Of a stretch of DNA of 64,000 nt, positions 48,840 through 58,446 are shown piece by piece. Origin of the DNA: a virus; the IMG/VR virus record IMGVR_UViG_3300040806_003461, positions 1 through 64,000 of that record, one strand, 5' to 3'. The notes below the pieces were generated by a model. It saw nothing but the letters and a program-made list of their open reading frames with translations. It ran no database searches and was not told the DNA's origin. How positions within the stretch are numbered: the first letter of the stretch is position 1; each line of letters opens with the position of its first letter. Made by a program: the position numbers and the translations under genes.

Positions 48840-49786
48840 TTGAAGCTTGCCTCCATCATAATTTCGGTTAGACACGCAACCATATTTATTTCAAGGTCAG
48901 CAACAAAGTTAGCCTTATACATATAATCAGCAAGTGTTACGATAAAACCAGGTTGTGAACGAAGTTCAACCTTGTCATTTGCCATATCATAGATACGACG
49001 AAACATTTCATTCATATCTTGATCTGAATTCTTTGCAACCCATTTACGCATTTCTGAAAAGTTCTTTGCCTTTAACAAACGGAACAGTTCATCAACTGAT
49101 TCTTGTTTCAGGTTAACAAAGATACCTTCGTCAATACGACCTGATGCTGCATAGGATTGGAGTTCAGTCAATACACGACGGAAATCAGGAAAGTGCTTTT
49201 CAATAACTTTGGCAACTACCTTGTTATCGTATTCAACGTTTTCGTTATCAAGAATTTGTAGAACACGTTTATAGAATTGAGCTGCCATCTTCGGACGCTC
49301 GGATTGCTCGATTGTGAAATCAACTTCAGACAGTCGAGAGCGAAGAGGAGCAATTATACGATTCTTAAAGTTACAAGTAAAGATAAACCCACAGTTGCTT
49401 GAATATTCTTCAATAAAATTTCGGAGTGCGGGCTGAACATTTGCTGCGTTGAGATAGTCCGCCTCGTCAAAGATGACGTATTTTCTGCCACCTGATAAGG
49501 ATACCGCTGAGGCATACGTGGAGATGTCATATCGGAGAGTGTCGATATTGACGTTAAGTGAACCGTTTTTAACAATATAATCGCAGCCAAGTTCATCGAG
49601 CATAGCTTTTGCGATAGTAGTTTTGCCAACACCTGGGCCGCCAGTTAGTAATAAGTTTGGAACATTGTCATCAGCAACGAACTTTTGAAACATTGCTTTT
49701 GTAGTATCAGGCAGAATTGTATCATTAATCTTTTGCGGACGATATTTTTCTACCCAAAGTACTTCGTTTGATTTTGCATCAACCAT
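48836..49786 (-). CDS. gp44: Clamp loader large subunit gp44 (RFC-like AAA+)
   Basis: LWVEKYRP, GGPGVGKTT, DEAD, FPDFRR. Confidence 0.95.
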   Translation of the reverse strand: MVDAKSNEVLWVEKYRPQKINDTILPDTTKAMFQKFVADDNVPNLLLTGGPGVGKTTIAKAMLDELGCDYIVKNGSLNVNIDTLRYDISTYASAVSLSGGRKYVIFDEADYLNAANVQPALRNFIEEYSSNCGFIFTCNFKNRIIAPLRSRLSEVDFTIEQSERPKMAAQFYKRVLQILDNENVEYDNKVVAKVIEKHFPDFRRVLTELQSYAASGRIDEGIFVNLKQESVDELFRLLKAKNFSEMRKWVAKNSDQDMNEMFRRIYDMANDKVELRSQPGFIVTLADYMYKANFVADLEINMVACLTEIMMEASFK

Positions 49787-49817
49787 TTATTCACCATTTT
49801 CATAATATAAAAAGAAA

Positions 49818-49940
49818 TCATTTTTGTACGCATTTTAGCGAGCAATGTACAACACTCGGGTGATCTAACACCAATCGAAATACCTTACCGCAGGTAACGC
49901 ATTTACGAGTTTTAATAAGTGGGGCCGAAGCCCCACCCAT
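49818..49940 (-). CDS. Candidate 40-aa zinc-finger microprotein
   Basis: Not in the ORF track. Read by hand: MGGASAPLIKTRKCVTCGKVFRLVLDHPSVVHCSLKCVQK. Confidence 0.45.
   Translation of the reverse strand: MGGASAPLIKTRKCVTCGKVFRLVLDHPSVVHCSLKCVQK
49919..49936 (-). terminator. Terminator-like hairpin with UUCG tetraloop
   Basis: GTGGGGC-TTCG-GCCCCAC-TTATT on the minus strand. Confidence 0.7.
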
Positions 49941-49944
49941 TTCT

Positions 49945-50229
49945 TTAGTTGACTTTTTCAACTACTTTATCCGCCATTGGCGCGTCCATCGGAACATCAG
50001 CTGGTGCCATTTGGCCTTGAGCCTGTTGACCCTGCATTTGAGCCTGCTGGTTGAGGAAGACCTCTACTTTGTTGCGTAGAGTACCTACACCTTGAAGTTC
50101 ACGGCCTTCAAAAGCACCGCGGCGAGATGCAATATCCACGATCTGTACGAACGTGGCAATATCATTTAAAGACAACTGAACAGGTTCTTGCTGTTCTTGA
50201 GCTTGTCCGTTTTCAACTTGATCATTCAT
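49945..50229 (-). CDS. Hypothetical protein of T4-like phages
   Basis: LSLNDI...IVDIASRRGAF..EL..VG.LRNK motif. Confidence 0.7.
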   Translation of the reverse strand: MNDQVENGQAQEQQEPVQLSLNDIATFVQIVDIASRRGAFEGRELQGVGTLRNKVEVFLNQQAQMQGQQAQGQMAPADVPMDAPMADKVVEKVN

Positions 50230-50235
50230 GAATAA

Positions 50236-50898
50236 TCATCCTTTCTTGTAAGTCGACTTTGTATCAATAGCAACGAAATATGTCGCGCTATCACCCTTAA
50301 ACTCAGAGATACCCTTTGCGCAAAGAGTAACCTGATAGTCCTGCGGAAGAAGTTTCAGGTTATCAGTTTTGATAACGATTGAAAACTCATCAGCAGTTTC
50401 ACCAATCTCAATTCCGTAATCATCAGCATTTGCCGAAGAAGTATCTACAGCCTTGAGAAAGACTTTGCCTTCCTGACCAACGAATGCAACCTCCGTAAAT
50501 TGAAGTACACCTGCTGCTTTCACAACGGACTGCAAATCATCCCATGTCACATTCACCTGCACATCCGCAGAAGGAATCGTAATCTCCTTATCCGGCGGTG
50601 TGTGAATCATGGAAACATCTGCAAAGGCATACTTCGTACGACGCTTACCTTCGGTAATCACAAAATATTTATCTCCGAATTCCACGTCCGGCGCCTTGTG
50701 GAGAGATAAAATTGACAAAAATCTTGATAAATCGTAAACGCAAGCAGTACCAGGAATTTGATCCGGGATAGTTGCTTTTGCAACAAGCGTTTTCTCAGGG
50801 GTAATGGTTTTGAGTTCATTACCAGGTTGCATTAGAATTGACTTATTGATAGCACTAAAGCTTTTCAAAATAGTCAGAGTTTGTTCAGATAATTGCAT
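50236..50898 (-). CDS. gp45: Sliding clamp gp45
   Basis: MQLSEQTLTILKSFSAINKSI...VYDLSRFLSILS...NLKLLP. Confidence 0.93.
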   Translation of the reverse strand: MQLSEQTLTILKSFSAINKSILMQPGNELKTITPEKTLVAKATIPDQIPGTACVYDLSRFLSILSLHKAPDVEFGDKYFVITEGKRRTKYAFADVSMIHTPPDKEITIPSADVQVNVTWDDLQSVVKAAGVLQFTEVAFVGQEGKVFLKAVDTSSANADDYGIEIGETADEFSIVIKTDNLKLLPQDYQVTLCAKGISEFKGDSATYFVAIDTKSTYKKG

Positions 50899-50923
50899 AA
50901 TATAAAGTAACTCCTTTGTTAGA

Positions 50924-51865
50924 TTATCGGTTTATTTTATTACGGTTTTTCTTTTTTGTCAATGGTTTTTTATCACCTGCGACAGATTTATTTTGATAAG
51001 CCTTCTTATTGCTTTGCTTATTTGCAGTTGCAGTCATTCCTAAGGAACCGATAGCACCTAAGGATCCTTTGAAGATATACGTACCAATATGCTGCAACTG
51101 CATCCATGGGCACATCCAAACTCGAATACCGATCTCTCGAGCCTTCTTACAGAAGAAGTAGTCCTCGGACAGATAGCGTTTTGTTACCGGGTCAATAATA
51201 CAATCAAAGAATGCTGTAATCTCTCGAGACCCATCAAACGCATCAGTACGAACGTGGTCAGGTTTATAGCGATACTCAGGATATGCTTCAGCAAACTTCT
51301 CAAGGACGTCTCGAGGAATCAGCATGAACCCCGTGCCTGCTTCTGCAACCTCAATTGGTTGGCCAAGGTTAAACTTGGTTTGACCACTTGCGATTGGATT
51401 GAATACGTAATCAGCAGAGAATTGTTCAAGTTGGAACGGATTCTCATCGCCAGCACCTGCCTTGGCTGCTTGATGAACCTTTTCCCACGCAATTGTTTTC
51501 TTAGGATAAGGTCCTGTCATAATCTGATAATTGTCAGGATCCGTAATGTTCATAGCAAGAAGCGATAGAATATCTCGAGCATTAAATCCAATATCAGAAT
51601 CAATAAACATTAAGTGAGTACAACCTGAGCGCAGGAATTCGTCAACCACATAGTTACGAGCACGTTGAACCAAACTTTCATTAAATAGGAAATAGAATTT
51701 TAGATTGATTCCATTTGCAGCGCATAGCATACTCAAATCAGTACAAGATTTTGTAAATGTACCTGCGCAATTGCCGCCATACATCGGCGTTCCTAAGAAG
51801 ATAGAATACTTGCGGATTTCATCAATTGAAACCTCGGTTGTTTTAGGTTTTTGCTGTTCTTCCAT
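50924..51865 (-). CDS. GT-A (GT2-like) glycosyltransferase
   Basis: TPMYGG, ESLVQRARN, HLMFIDSDIGF (DxD), GTGFMLI, LSEDYFFC. Confidence 0.75.
   Translation of the reverse strand: MEEQQKPKTTEVSIDEIRKYSIFLGTPMYGGNCAGTFTKSCTDLSMLCAANGINLKFYFLFNESLVQRARNYVVDEFLRSGCTHLMFIDSDIGFNARDILSLLAMNITDPDNYQIMTGPYPKKTIAWEKVHQAAKAGAGDENPFQLEQFSADYVFNPIASGQTKFNLGQPIEVAEAGTGFMLIPRDVLEKFAEAYPEYRYKPDHVRTDAFDGSREITAFFDCIIDPVTKRYLSEDYFFCKKAREIGIRVWMCPWMQLQHIGTYIFKGSLGAIGSLGMTATANKQSNKKAYQNKSVAGDKKPLTKKKNRNKINR
50934..50962 (-). promoter_or_regulatory. Sigma70-type promoter for gp45 (TTGACA-N17-TAAAAT)
   Basis: Near consensus with 17-nt spacing, inside the 3' end of the upstream gene. Confidence 0.65.
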
Positions 51866-52494
51866 TAAACTTGCTCCATATCATTTTCTGCTCGGGTGAT
51901 TGCTTGAATGCGTAATACATCAGCAAGAATATCCCACGAACTATCGTGTGCTTTAAAACTTGATTCCCACAATGCTTCATCAGCCAATGGATTGAACCCA
52001 TTCTTTTTTGGGAAATTCAATTTTGCGTCAATAAAGGTACGTGTATCTCTCACTCTCCAATACTTAAGGTATTCTTCCATATGCAATAGCTTATCTTGAG
52101 ATTGGAATAGCCGCCCAAGGATAATTGGATCAAACGTATTAGAACGAGACCACCAAAAATCAATCTTAGGACTATTGATTAAAAAGTTTTGAAAATCCTT
52201 ACAGAATTCTTCAACAGTCAAATCACCATCCTTTGGACTAATATGCCTACGTACTTCAGGAGATTGCTCTTCCCAAAAGGATACCGTGTCTTTATCAATC
52301 TCGTATCCGTAGTTTTTGACTTGATCCATTACTGACAGCTTAAAGCGCCGTGTAAGATTAATATCTCGAGTTGTATATGGATCGTTGGACAACATCTTGT
52401 CCCAATTGAATACCATAACTGAACAATCAATTACAGCACATTTTTGAGCATCCTTACCGAAGGTCTCAAAGTCAATAATGAAATCGTTTCTCAA
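51865..52494 (-). CDS. dexA: DEDD 3'-5' exonuclease, DexA-like
   Basis: FIIDFETFG, WSRSNTFDPII, RDTRT, HDSSWDILAD. Confidence 0.75.
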   Translation of the reverse strand: MRNDFIIDFETFGKDAQKCAVIDCSVMVFNWDKMLSNDPYTTRDINLTRRFKLSVMDQVKNYGYEIDKDTVSFWEEQSPEVRRHISPKDGDLTVEEFCKDFQNFLINSPKIDFWWSRSNTFDPIILGRLFQSQDKLLHMEEYLKYWRVRDTRTFIDAKLNFPKKNGFNPLADEALWESSFKAHDSSWDILADVLRIQAITRAENDMEQV

Positions 52495-53705
52495 ACCAAA
52501 AACTCCTCAAGTGTTGATATATTAATATTACCACAAGAATCGTATTCTGTCAACTCTTTATGATTGTTTTGACGCAAATAATTTCCTTCCGACATCTGCA
52601 ATTCACCACGGATGAATTTGCCAATCTCAGTATGGATATCTCGGCTCGTAGGAACAGGTACGTTTTGAGCAATATGGTTTGCTTTTGGCAATCCACCAAC
52701 AAGTTCAAAGTCGTGTGGGAATCCCATCATATGCAATGCTTCACGAATAGTCAAAGAACGCATCTCCTTAGGATGGATCGTGTCATTCATATTCCGTCCG
52801 ATAACCGCATTCATAACTTCATCAAATACGTGGACCGAACCATCCCAAATACCTTTGTTCATGGCAAACTTGTTCTTTGCATGAGTCGCAAGCTTAATAC
52901 CTTTTTCGTTATTTGTTTTCTCAAACCAATGAAGGGCATCGTCAAGCAAACCGTTTTTCATAATGTAATTGAAAGCTGTAATCCTGCCGGCGTCAATCAT
53001 AACCTGTCGAGCATCTTGGTTTGTCGTACTTTGAATATATTGGAAATACGGTTCCTCGGCAAGATTCTTGTGAATAACTAAATCTTGTTGAAGAGCATCA
53101 GAAGGTACCTCATTCAAATGCTCAAGGAAGGTTTTACGATCTCGCTTATACCAATTCATAATAGGTGCGGTTTCAGATTTCCAACCAACCGCAAAGGTGC
53201 GGTCTCGAGCCTGCGGGATTCCATGATATTTGGTAGACGTTTTATAAAGAGATAAACTGTATCCGCGTTCTTTACAAATTTGATACAGTGCATCAGCTAC
53301 AGGTTTGCCTTTGTTTGTAAATAATGCAGGAGCGTTTTCAACCACAACAGCCTTTGCGTTAAAGTCATCAATTCCTCGAGTAAATACCTCATACATCCAT
53401 TCGTTCTTAGCACAACCTGCACCTTTTGATTCCGCTGATGTTCCTGTATTCAATTGAGATAATGCAGCACAAGGAGGAGTACCTGAGATAACGTCAATCT
53501 GGCGACCGGGCTTTGCTTCAGTCAAATCAATGTACTTAATATCACGTCCTTTGACATTTTGCTGATAGTTAACGTAATGACTATCGTTAGCTTCAAAACC
53601 TTGGAATGAGTAAATTGCTTCAGGTGGTTTTCCAAACGCTTTTTCTGCCCCTAGCATTTGTCCACCAATCAATGGGATAAGAGGTGCCCAAGTAATATCT
53701 GTCAT
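52491..53705 (-). CDS. C5-cytosine DNA methyltransferase homologue with atypical motif I
   Basis: GTPPC (IV), VENAP (VI), PQARDR (VIII), LTIREA..MGFP (IX); motif I reads PLIPLIGG. Confidence 0.8.
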   Translation of the reverse strand: MTDITWAPLIPLIGGQMLGAEKAFGKPPEAIYSFQGFEANDSHYVNYQQNVKGRDIKYIDLTEAKPGRQIDVISGTPPCAALSQLNTGTSAESKGAGCAKNEWMYEVFTRGIDDFNAKAVVVENAPALFTNKGKPVADALYQICKERGYSLSLYKTSTKYHGIPQARDRTFAVGWKSETAPIMNWYKRDRKTFLEHLNEVPSDALQQDLVIHKNLAEEPYFQYIQSTTNQDARQVMIDAGRITAFNYIMKNGLLDDALHWFEKTNNEKGIKLATHAKNKFAMNKGIWDGSVHVFDEVMNAVIGRNMNDTIHPKEMRSLTIREALHMMGFPHDFELVGGLPKANHIAQNVPVPTSRDIHTEIGKFIRGELQMSEGNYLRQNNHKELTEYDSCGNINISTLEEFLV

Positions 53706-53706
53706 T

Positions 53707-54840
53707 TTATAATCCTATATTCAATTTTCGTTCATACGATAAACAAGTATCTTTAAAGTATTGAATGAGTTGCAACCGCACCTCTTCAGTCAATTCTTTG
53801 ATCTTATCACCTATAGATGAGTATTCAACTGTGATTTTATTTATGATTTCTGGACTGATCCCAAAACTCTTGACAAAGTCATCAGTATGAACATCCGACG
53901 TAATTAATGGCAAACAGTCATTATAAATTGATTCCACAAAGCGATATATTGAAAAGTGTTTCAAATCGTATGGAGGAATCATTAGAGTATATCTTGAAGC
54001 ACGAATGTTATCAAGATATTCATCGCGATTTACAAACGTGTCAATTCCAAGTTTCTTATGACGAATAAACAGCTTTGCATCAACCTCGTTTGTGTGAATG
54101 CTTGACATTACATCATCGTATTGCTTTTCACGATGTTCAGTCAATGCTGTAAACCCAAAGCATAGATCCTTAGTCTTCTCAACTTCATCGTCAAAGAATG
54201 TCATAAGACCTTTAGGTTCCTGACTCAAATATGCTTGTAAAGAATCAAGTCTTTTTAAGTTGTAATCATGCCAATCGTATCCATGGTAACAGTGCAATTC
54301 GTGTGGCTGATAATCAGTCAATTGATGCAATGTATTTTCGCAAGGATCAAAACAAATTTCGTGTAAAGGAATCTTACGTTCTCTCGACATTTTAACAAGC
54401 TGTAACAAACCGACAAGAAATGAACCATTCGCAATAAAGTTCATTTGATTTCTTGTCTTTAGCATAGCATTGAACTTGTTCTTTTCTCGTGTCAAACCTG
54501 ACGCATCAGAAAGCATTCCACCAAAAACAACAATTTGAGCAACATCTTCAAATTGAGAAATCCAATCTTCACGTTCAAGGAATTCGTACCAAGAATCGTA
54601 AATTGGTTTAGGATTTGTCATACACCGTTTATAATCATCAATATAGCAAATCATTTCATCAATGCGAATACCTGCAACCCTTTCAATGTATTCAGCATTT
54701 TGTGTATTCTTCTTAGGAGTCCATAAAATAATCCTATGGCCTTTATCTTGATATTCTTTTAAAATACACATCTGCTCAATCAAAGATTTGGTATACTTTG
54801 ACGTAATAGGTCGTGTTGTGAAAAGAATAATATTAGCCAA
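53707..54840 (-). CDS. Putative GT-B glycosyltransferase
   Basis: C-terminal YLDNIRASRYTLMIPPYD..HFSIYRFVESI..CLP resembles a GT-B donor-binding domain. Confidence 0.55.
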   Translation of the reverse strand: MANIILFTTRPITSKYTKSLIEQMCILKEYQDKGHRIILWTPKKNTQNAEYIERVAGIRIDEMICYIDDYKRCMTNPKPIYDSWYEFLEREDWISQFEDVAQIVVFGGMLSDASGLTREKNKFNAMLKTRNQMNFIANGSFLVGLLQLVKMSRERKIPLHEICFDPCENTLHQLTDYQPHELHCYHGYDWHDYNLKRLDSLQAYLSQEPKGLMTFFDDEVEKTKDLCFGFTALTEHREKQYDDVMSSIHTNEVDAKLFIRHKKLGIDTFVNRDEYLDNIRASRYTLMIPPYDLKHFSIYRFVESIYNDCLPLITSDVHTDDFVKSFGISPEIINKITVEYSSIGDKIKELTEEVRLQLIQYFKDTCLSYERKLNIGL

Positions 54841-56089
54841 AGAAACTCTCCAAACCTAACATAGGTTCTTCTTTAACAGCAAATTGTGTCAAATCTGGTG
54901 CAACATAGTCTGAGTCAATTGCTGACATAATCTGATTATTTAAAAATGAGCCGTCGTAATATTCAGGTTTAAGAATTGCAGCCCGGATGCCATTCAATAC
55001 TGTTTTGTACTTTTCAGGATTTTCAGACAGCATCTTAACTCGCTCTGCCAACTCTTGAGGAGTTTTTGGTCTAAGGAATCCTGGAATATTCAAATGGTTT
55101 TGCTCATCGTAAGTTGGATGTAAGAAAGGAATAACTCCGGCATGGATCATTTCAATATACTTTGAAGTAACCCAACCTTTTTTGATTGGAATGATAAACG
55201 TAAACTTAACATCTTGCAGTTTGCTTTGCAGTTCTTCAATGTGTAAAGAACCTTTGAAACGATTATCTCCTTCAACCACTTCGGACCATTTTCCATAAAT
55301 CTCAACATTATCGTTATGGTCAAGAACCCATTCTTTAAGCATTTTATAACGAGACGGCTTGCCTTCATTCAATACAACCATGAAATCGGTTTTGCGATCT
55401 GTATTGACTTCAGTGGGATACTCGTAATCAAGACAGAAGGCTGTTTCCATACCTGCATATACCGACGGTACTTCACGAATAATCCTTGTCTGATCCTCAT
55501 ACGAGACGATAGTGTTTGATTTATACGTATAGTCGTATTGGCCCAAAGAGATTGAAGGCATATGAAACATATCACGAGATTGATTCATAACGTAACGTGG
55601 ATCGTTAACGATTTCAACATAATGCGGTTTCTGTTCATTCAACCAAACAGCAAGAGGAGTAGCATAGCCTTTTGTCATATCAATAACAGAAGCAGGTTTG
55701 CCGTCGTCATCATTTACTTTTTTGATTTTGTTTGGAATTGTAACAGTACCAACTTGACCTATCATCATAACGGTTGTGTCAAGCTTGACGTCATTCTCTT
55801 TAAGGTAATTGATAATCCAACGATAATAGCTATCATCATACTTGCCTGGGCGTAGCTTTTCTCCACCCCAAATATCAATAACGTTATCATACGGAAAGAT
55901 TTCGTATTTTTCTTTTTCGTTCAATTGAGCATAATCTGATCTGCCAAGCAAGTAAAAGGTTTTATCGGGATTACGGTTTGCAAGTGCACGAATAGTACAG
56001 CTTGCTTCATTATCACCACCGATAGGAGAATACTTGTTCTTACGAAACTTTACAGATTTACCCAATTTTGCAAAGCCAATATTTTTCAT
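54833..56089 (-). CDS. Putative GT-B DNA glycosyltransferase (beta-glucosyltransferase-like)
   Basis: GGDNE, NDPRY, EIYGKW, FTFIIPI..GWVTSKYIEMIHAGVIPF..YD; start at MKNIG from ATGA overlap. Confidence 0.65.
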   Translation of the reverse strand: MKNIGFAKLGKSVKFRKNKYSPIGGDNEASCTIRALANRNPDKTFYLLGRSDYAQLNEKEKYEIFPYDNVIDIWGGEKLRPGKYDDSYYRWIINYLKENDVKLDTTVMMIGQVGTVTIPNKIKKVNDDDGKPASVIDMTKGYATPLAVWLNEQKPHYVEIVNDPRYVMNQSRDMFHMPSISLGQYDYTYKSNTIVSYEDQTRIIREVPSVYAGMETAFCLDYEYPTEVNTDRKTDFMVVLNEGKPSRYKMLKEWVLDHNDNVEIYGKWSEVVEGDNRFKGSLHIEELQSKLQDVKFTFIIPIKKGWVTSKYIEMIHAGVIPFLHPTYDEQNHLNIPGFLRPKTPQELAERVKMLSENPEKYKTVLNGIRAAILKPEYYDGSFLNNQIMSAIDSDYVAPDLTQFAVKEEPMLGLESFFG

Positions 56090-56442
56090 TTGTCCATCCA
56101 TTCTATAAACTCATCTGGGCGCATTGCCTTGTCATCAATGTAGTAAACACCGTATGGTTTACCCCACACGATTTCGTCGTAGGGAACGTTATGGCGGTCA
56201 AGCCAATTCTTTGTACATTCTCCGACATCTTCAATGATTTTATTTATGTCCCCATTATGTGTAAGCATTCTGCGAGCGGTATGAAGAACAATTTTATAAC
56301 CGCGTTCTTTTGCTACCTGCAGGCTTTTAATCATTGGCTCGTTAGGTACTGCAAGACCGTATTTTAATGATGTCTTGGTTTGAGTATGATTAGGAAAACA
56401 TATGGTATCGTCAATATCAACTATGAGCGTTTGCGTAGTCAT
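56086..56442 (-). CDS. Minimal HAD phosphatase (capsule-biosynthesis BcbF/EcbF-like)
   Basis: VDIDDTIC, HTARRM, VPYDEIVWGKP, YIDDKA. Confidence 0.8.
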   Translation of the reverse strand: MTTQTLIVDIDDTICFPNHTQTKTSLKYGLAVPNEPMIKSLQVAKERGYKIVLHTARRMLTHNGDINKIIEDVGECTKNWLDRHNVPYDEIVWGKPYGVYYIDDKAMRPDEFIEWMDK

Positions 56443-57892
56443 TGATGTAATTTCTCATCTTGTTCTGTCTATCAGGTGAATCGTAATGCAATTTAATACA
56501 GGTAGCAATAAGCAATGCACCACCGTCAATGATTTCTTCGTAATCGTCTGGATAATATTTAAAAATCATTTTGCCGAAGCTTTCTGCTACATACGGAGGA
56601 TATTTATGTCCTGATACCATTTCACCATACCCGTGGTACAGGTCGTGAGATAGCTTACAGAGGTCATACATATGATCGCCACCACAACCAATATGATCGC
56701 CATAAGATCCTCGTGGATCAAGTAAAGTAATGCTATCGTTGTATGGGTTATAAAGAATATTTCCAAAATGCAAATCACCGTGCATTGCCGATACAGGTTT
56801 GACCTTTTTCAAGCAACGTTCAGCAACATCACGATAAAAGAAATCGTCATCTTCAAGACGTTTTTCTGTTTTATCAATCCACATCTTTTGAGCATTCTCA
56901 TAGAAATCAGCAGTAAACTCAAGCGTTGCTTTTGTATGGAAATACTTTTGCATAGTCACGATTACCTTTTCAATCAAATAGTCAATCGTACTATTAGAAA
57001 GGTCTTCGTGCATAAGAAGATCGGACAAAAGAGTGCCTGACTCGTAAGACATTGATAAGGCATAATCGTCTTTGAGAATTTTAGGAACAAGCATACCTTG
57101 AAGAGGGTTCAAAGATTCGTACCAATTCTTTTCGTTCATAATCGTTTTGACGGCAAACGGATCATTCTCTTTAGGATTCTTTGTGATCGCATTTAGATCA
57201 GGATAATACTCAAAAGAATTGAACTCACGAGCTTTGAATGTTAGAAACTGTGCGCATGTTTTATGGTATGTGGCAATATCACCAATGTCATACCATTGCA
57301 CTGTATTGACACGCATATAGTCATTAGAGTATAATTCTAATGCGTCAGAAATATCGTATCCATCTGTTCCTTCAAAGGCATCACAGGCTTTGAATCCGTT
57401 GGCAAAACTGTATAGACCAACGAGTGCGGATGCGTTAGGAATTGTTTCATTGGGCTTATTATAAAAAGAACGACCATCCCACATACACCATGCAAAATGG
57501 TCGTGAACATCCTTGGTCAGTAAGAAATCCTTACCTAAAGGTAGATCTTCATCAAGGATAATAGCATCGCCAAGCCAAACGACTAAAGGAGCATTGATAT
57601 TGCTAAGTTCAGAGATACCTACACGAATAGCATCACGAGGACCATTCAAAGATCCTTGCTTAACGCACTTGATGTTATTCCACTTACTTTTCTTTGCCCA
57701 TTCGCGTATATCATTATGCTTGCCGTCTACAATGACGATTTCGCCTACGTCAGGTGTATTCTTGTAGATGGATTCAATAATATACTCAATGGTTGGCTTG
57801 CCATGTACACGAACCATTGCCTTTGAGCAATTTGAAGTTAACGGTTTGAGTCTTGTTGCCTCACCCGCTGCAGGGATCACGACATTAATCAT
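56417..57892 (-). CDS. Sugar-phosphate nucleotidyltransferase fused to an APH/choline-kinase-like domain (BcbE-like)
   Basis: VIPAAGEATRLKP..SK, LGD, WYDIG; C-terminal HGDLHFGNI, LDPRG, YDLCKL; start set at MINVV after AGGAG. Confidence 0.8.
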   Translation of the reverse strand: MINVVIPAAGEATRLKPLTSNCSKAMVRVHGKPTIEYIIESIYKNTPDVGEIVIVDGKHNDIREWAKKSKWNNIKCVKQGSLNGPRDAIRVGISELSNINAPLVVWLGDAIILDEDLPLGKDFLLTKDVHDHFAWCMWDGRSFYNKPNETIPNASALVGLYSFANGFKACDAFEGTDGYDISDALELYSNDYMRVNTVQWYDIGDIATYHKTCAQFLTFKAREFNSFEYYPDLNAITKNPKENDPFAVKTIMNEKNWYESLNPLQGMLVPKILKDDYALSMSYESGTLLSDLLMHEDLSNSTIDYLIEKVIVTMQKYFHTKATLEFTADFYENAQKMWIDKTEKRLEDDDFFYRDVAERCLKKVKPVSAMHGDLHFGNILYNPYNDSITLLDPRGSYGDHIGCGGDHMYDLCKLSHDLYHGYGEMVSGHKYPPYVAESFGKMIFKYYPDDYEEIIDGGALLIATCIKLHYDSPDRQNKMRNYINDYANAHS

Positions 57893-57916
57893 ATTCACTC
57901 CTATCATTACAAATAC

Positions 57917-57945
57917 ATTATATAACTATATATGATTTTTGTCAA
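57917..57945 (-). promoter_or_regulatory. Perfect sigma70 promoter TTGACA-N17-TATAAT heading the sugar/DNA-modification operon
   Basis: Exact consensus in the intergenic gap. Confidence 0.85.
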
Positions 57946-58446
57946 CTAAAAAATGGTGACCTCAACGCCCGCTTCTTGAAACATAGGAAACGATTGAGCA
58001 TTAAATACTTCTTCCCAGCAACCTTTATTGGTTTTGTCGTTAGTGACAACACGTTTAATGCCTGCCTGAATTATACATTTTGCGCAAGCAGGGCAAACAG
58101 GTAAACCGTGAACATATAACGTTGCATCCTTAACAGACACACCGTTATATAAAGCGTTCATCAAAGCATTCATTTCGGCATGAATAATACGTGGGTACTT
58201 TTCATCACGATCGTTCAATCGTTTTTCTGTATCGTTAATGCCACGAGGAAACCCGTTATAACCGGTAGCAAGGATCCGCCTTTCAGAATTGACAATCACT
58301 GCGCCAATCTTACTCGACGGATCCTTACTCCAGCTTGAAATGACCTCAGCCATTTCCATAAAGCGTTTATCCCACTTATTGCTATTTACCGCGTCATAGC
58401 TAGGATAGCCTTTTTCAAACACCGGTTCAATCAAGACGCACTCCAA
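57946..58446 (-). CDS. cd: dCMP deaminase
   Basis: SKDPS.KIGAVI, GYNGFPRG, HAEMNAL, CPACAKCIIQAGI; start position uncertain. Confidence 0.9.
   Translation of the reverse strand: MECVLIEPVFEKGYPSYDAVNSNKWDKRFMEMAEVISSWSKDPSSKIGAVIVNSERRILATGYNGFPRGINDTEKRLNDRDEKYPRIIHAEMNALMNALYNGVSVKDATLYVHGLPVCPACAKCIIQAGIKRVVTNDKTNKGCWEEVFNAQSFPMFQEAGVEVTIF

Noticed and set aside
49790-49945. tRNA or structured ncRNA in the gap upstream of gp44
   Set aside because: No cloverleaf or T-loop consensus; better explained by a terminator plus a small Cys-rich ORF. No tRNA was recognised anywhere in the window
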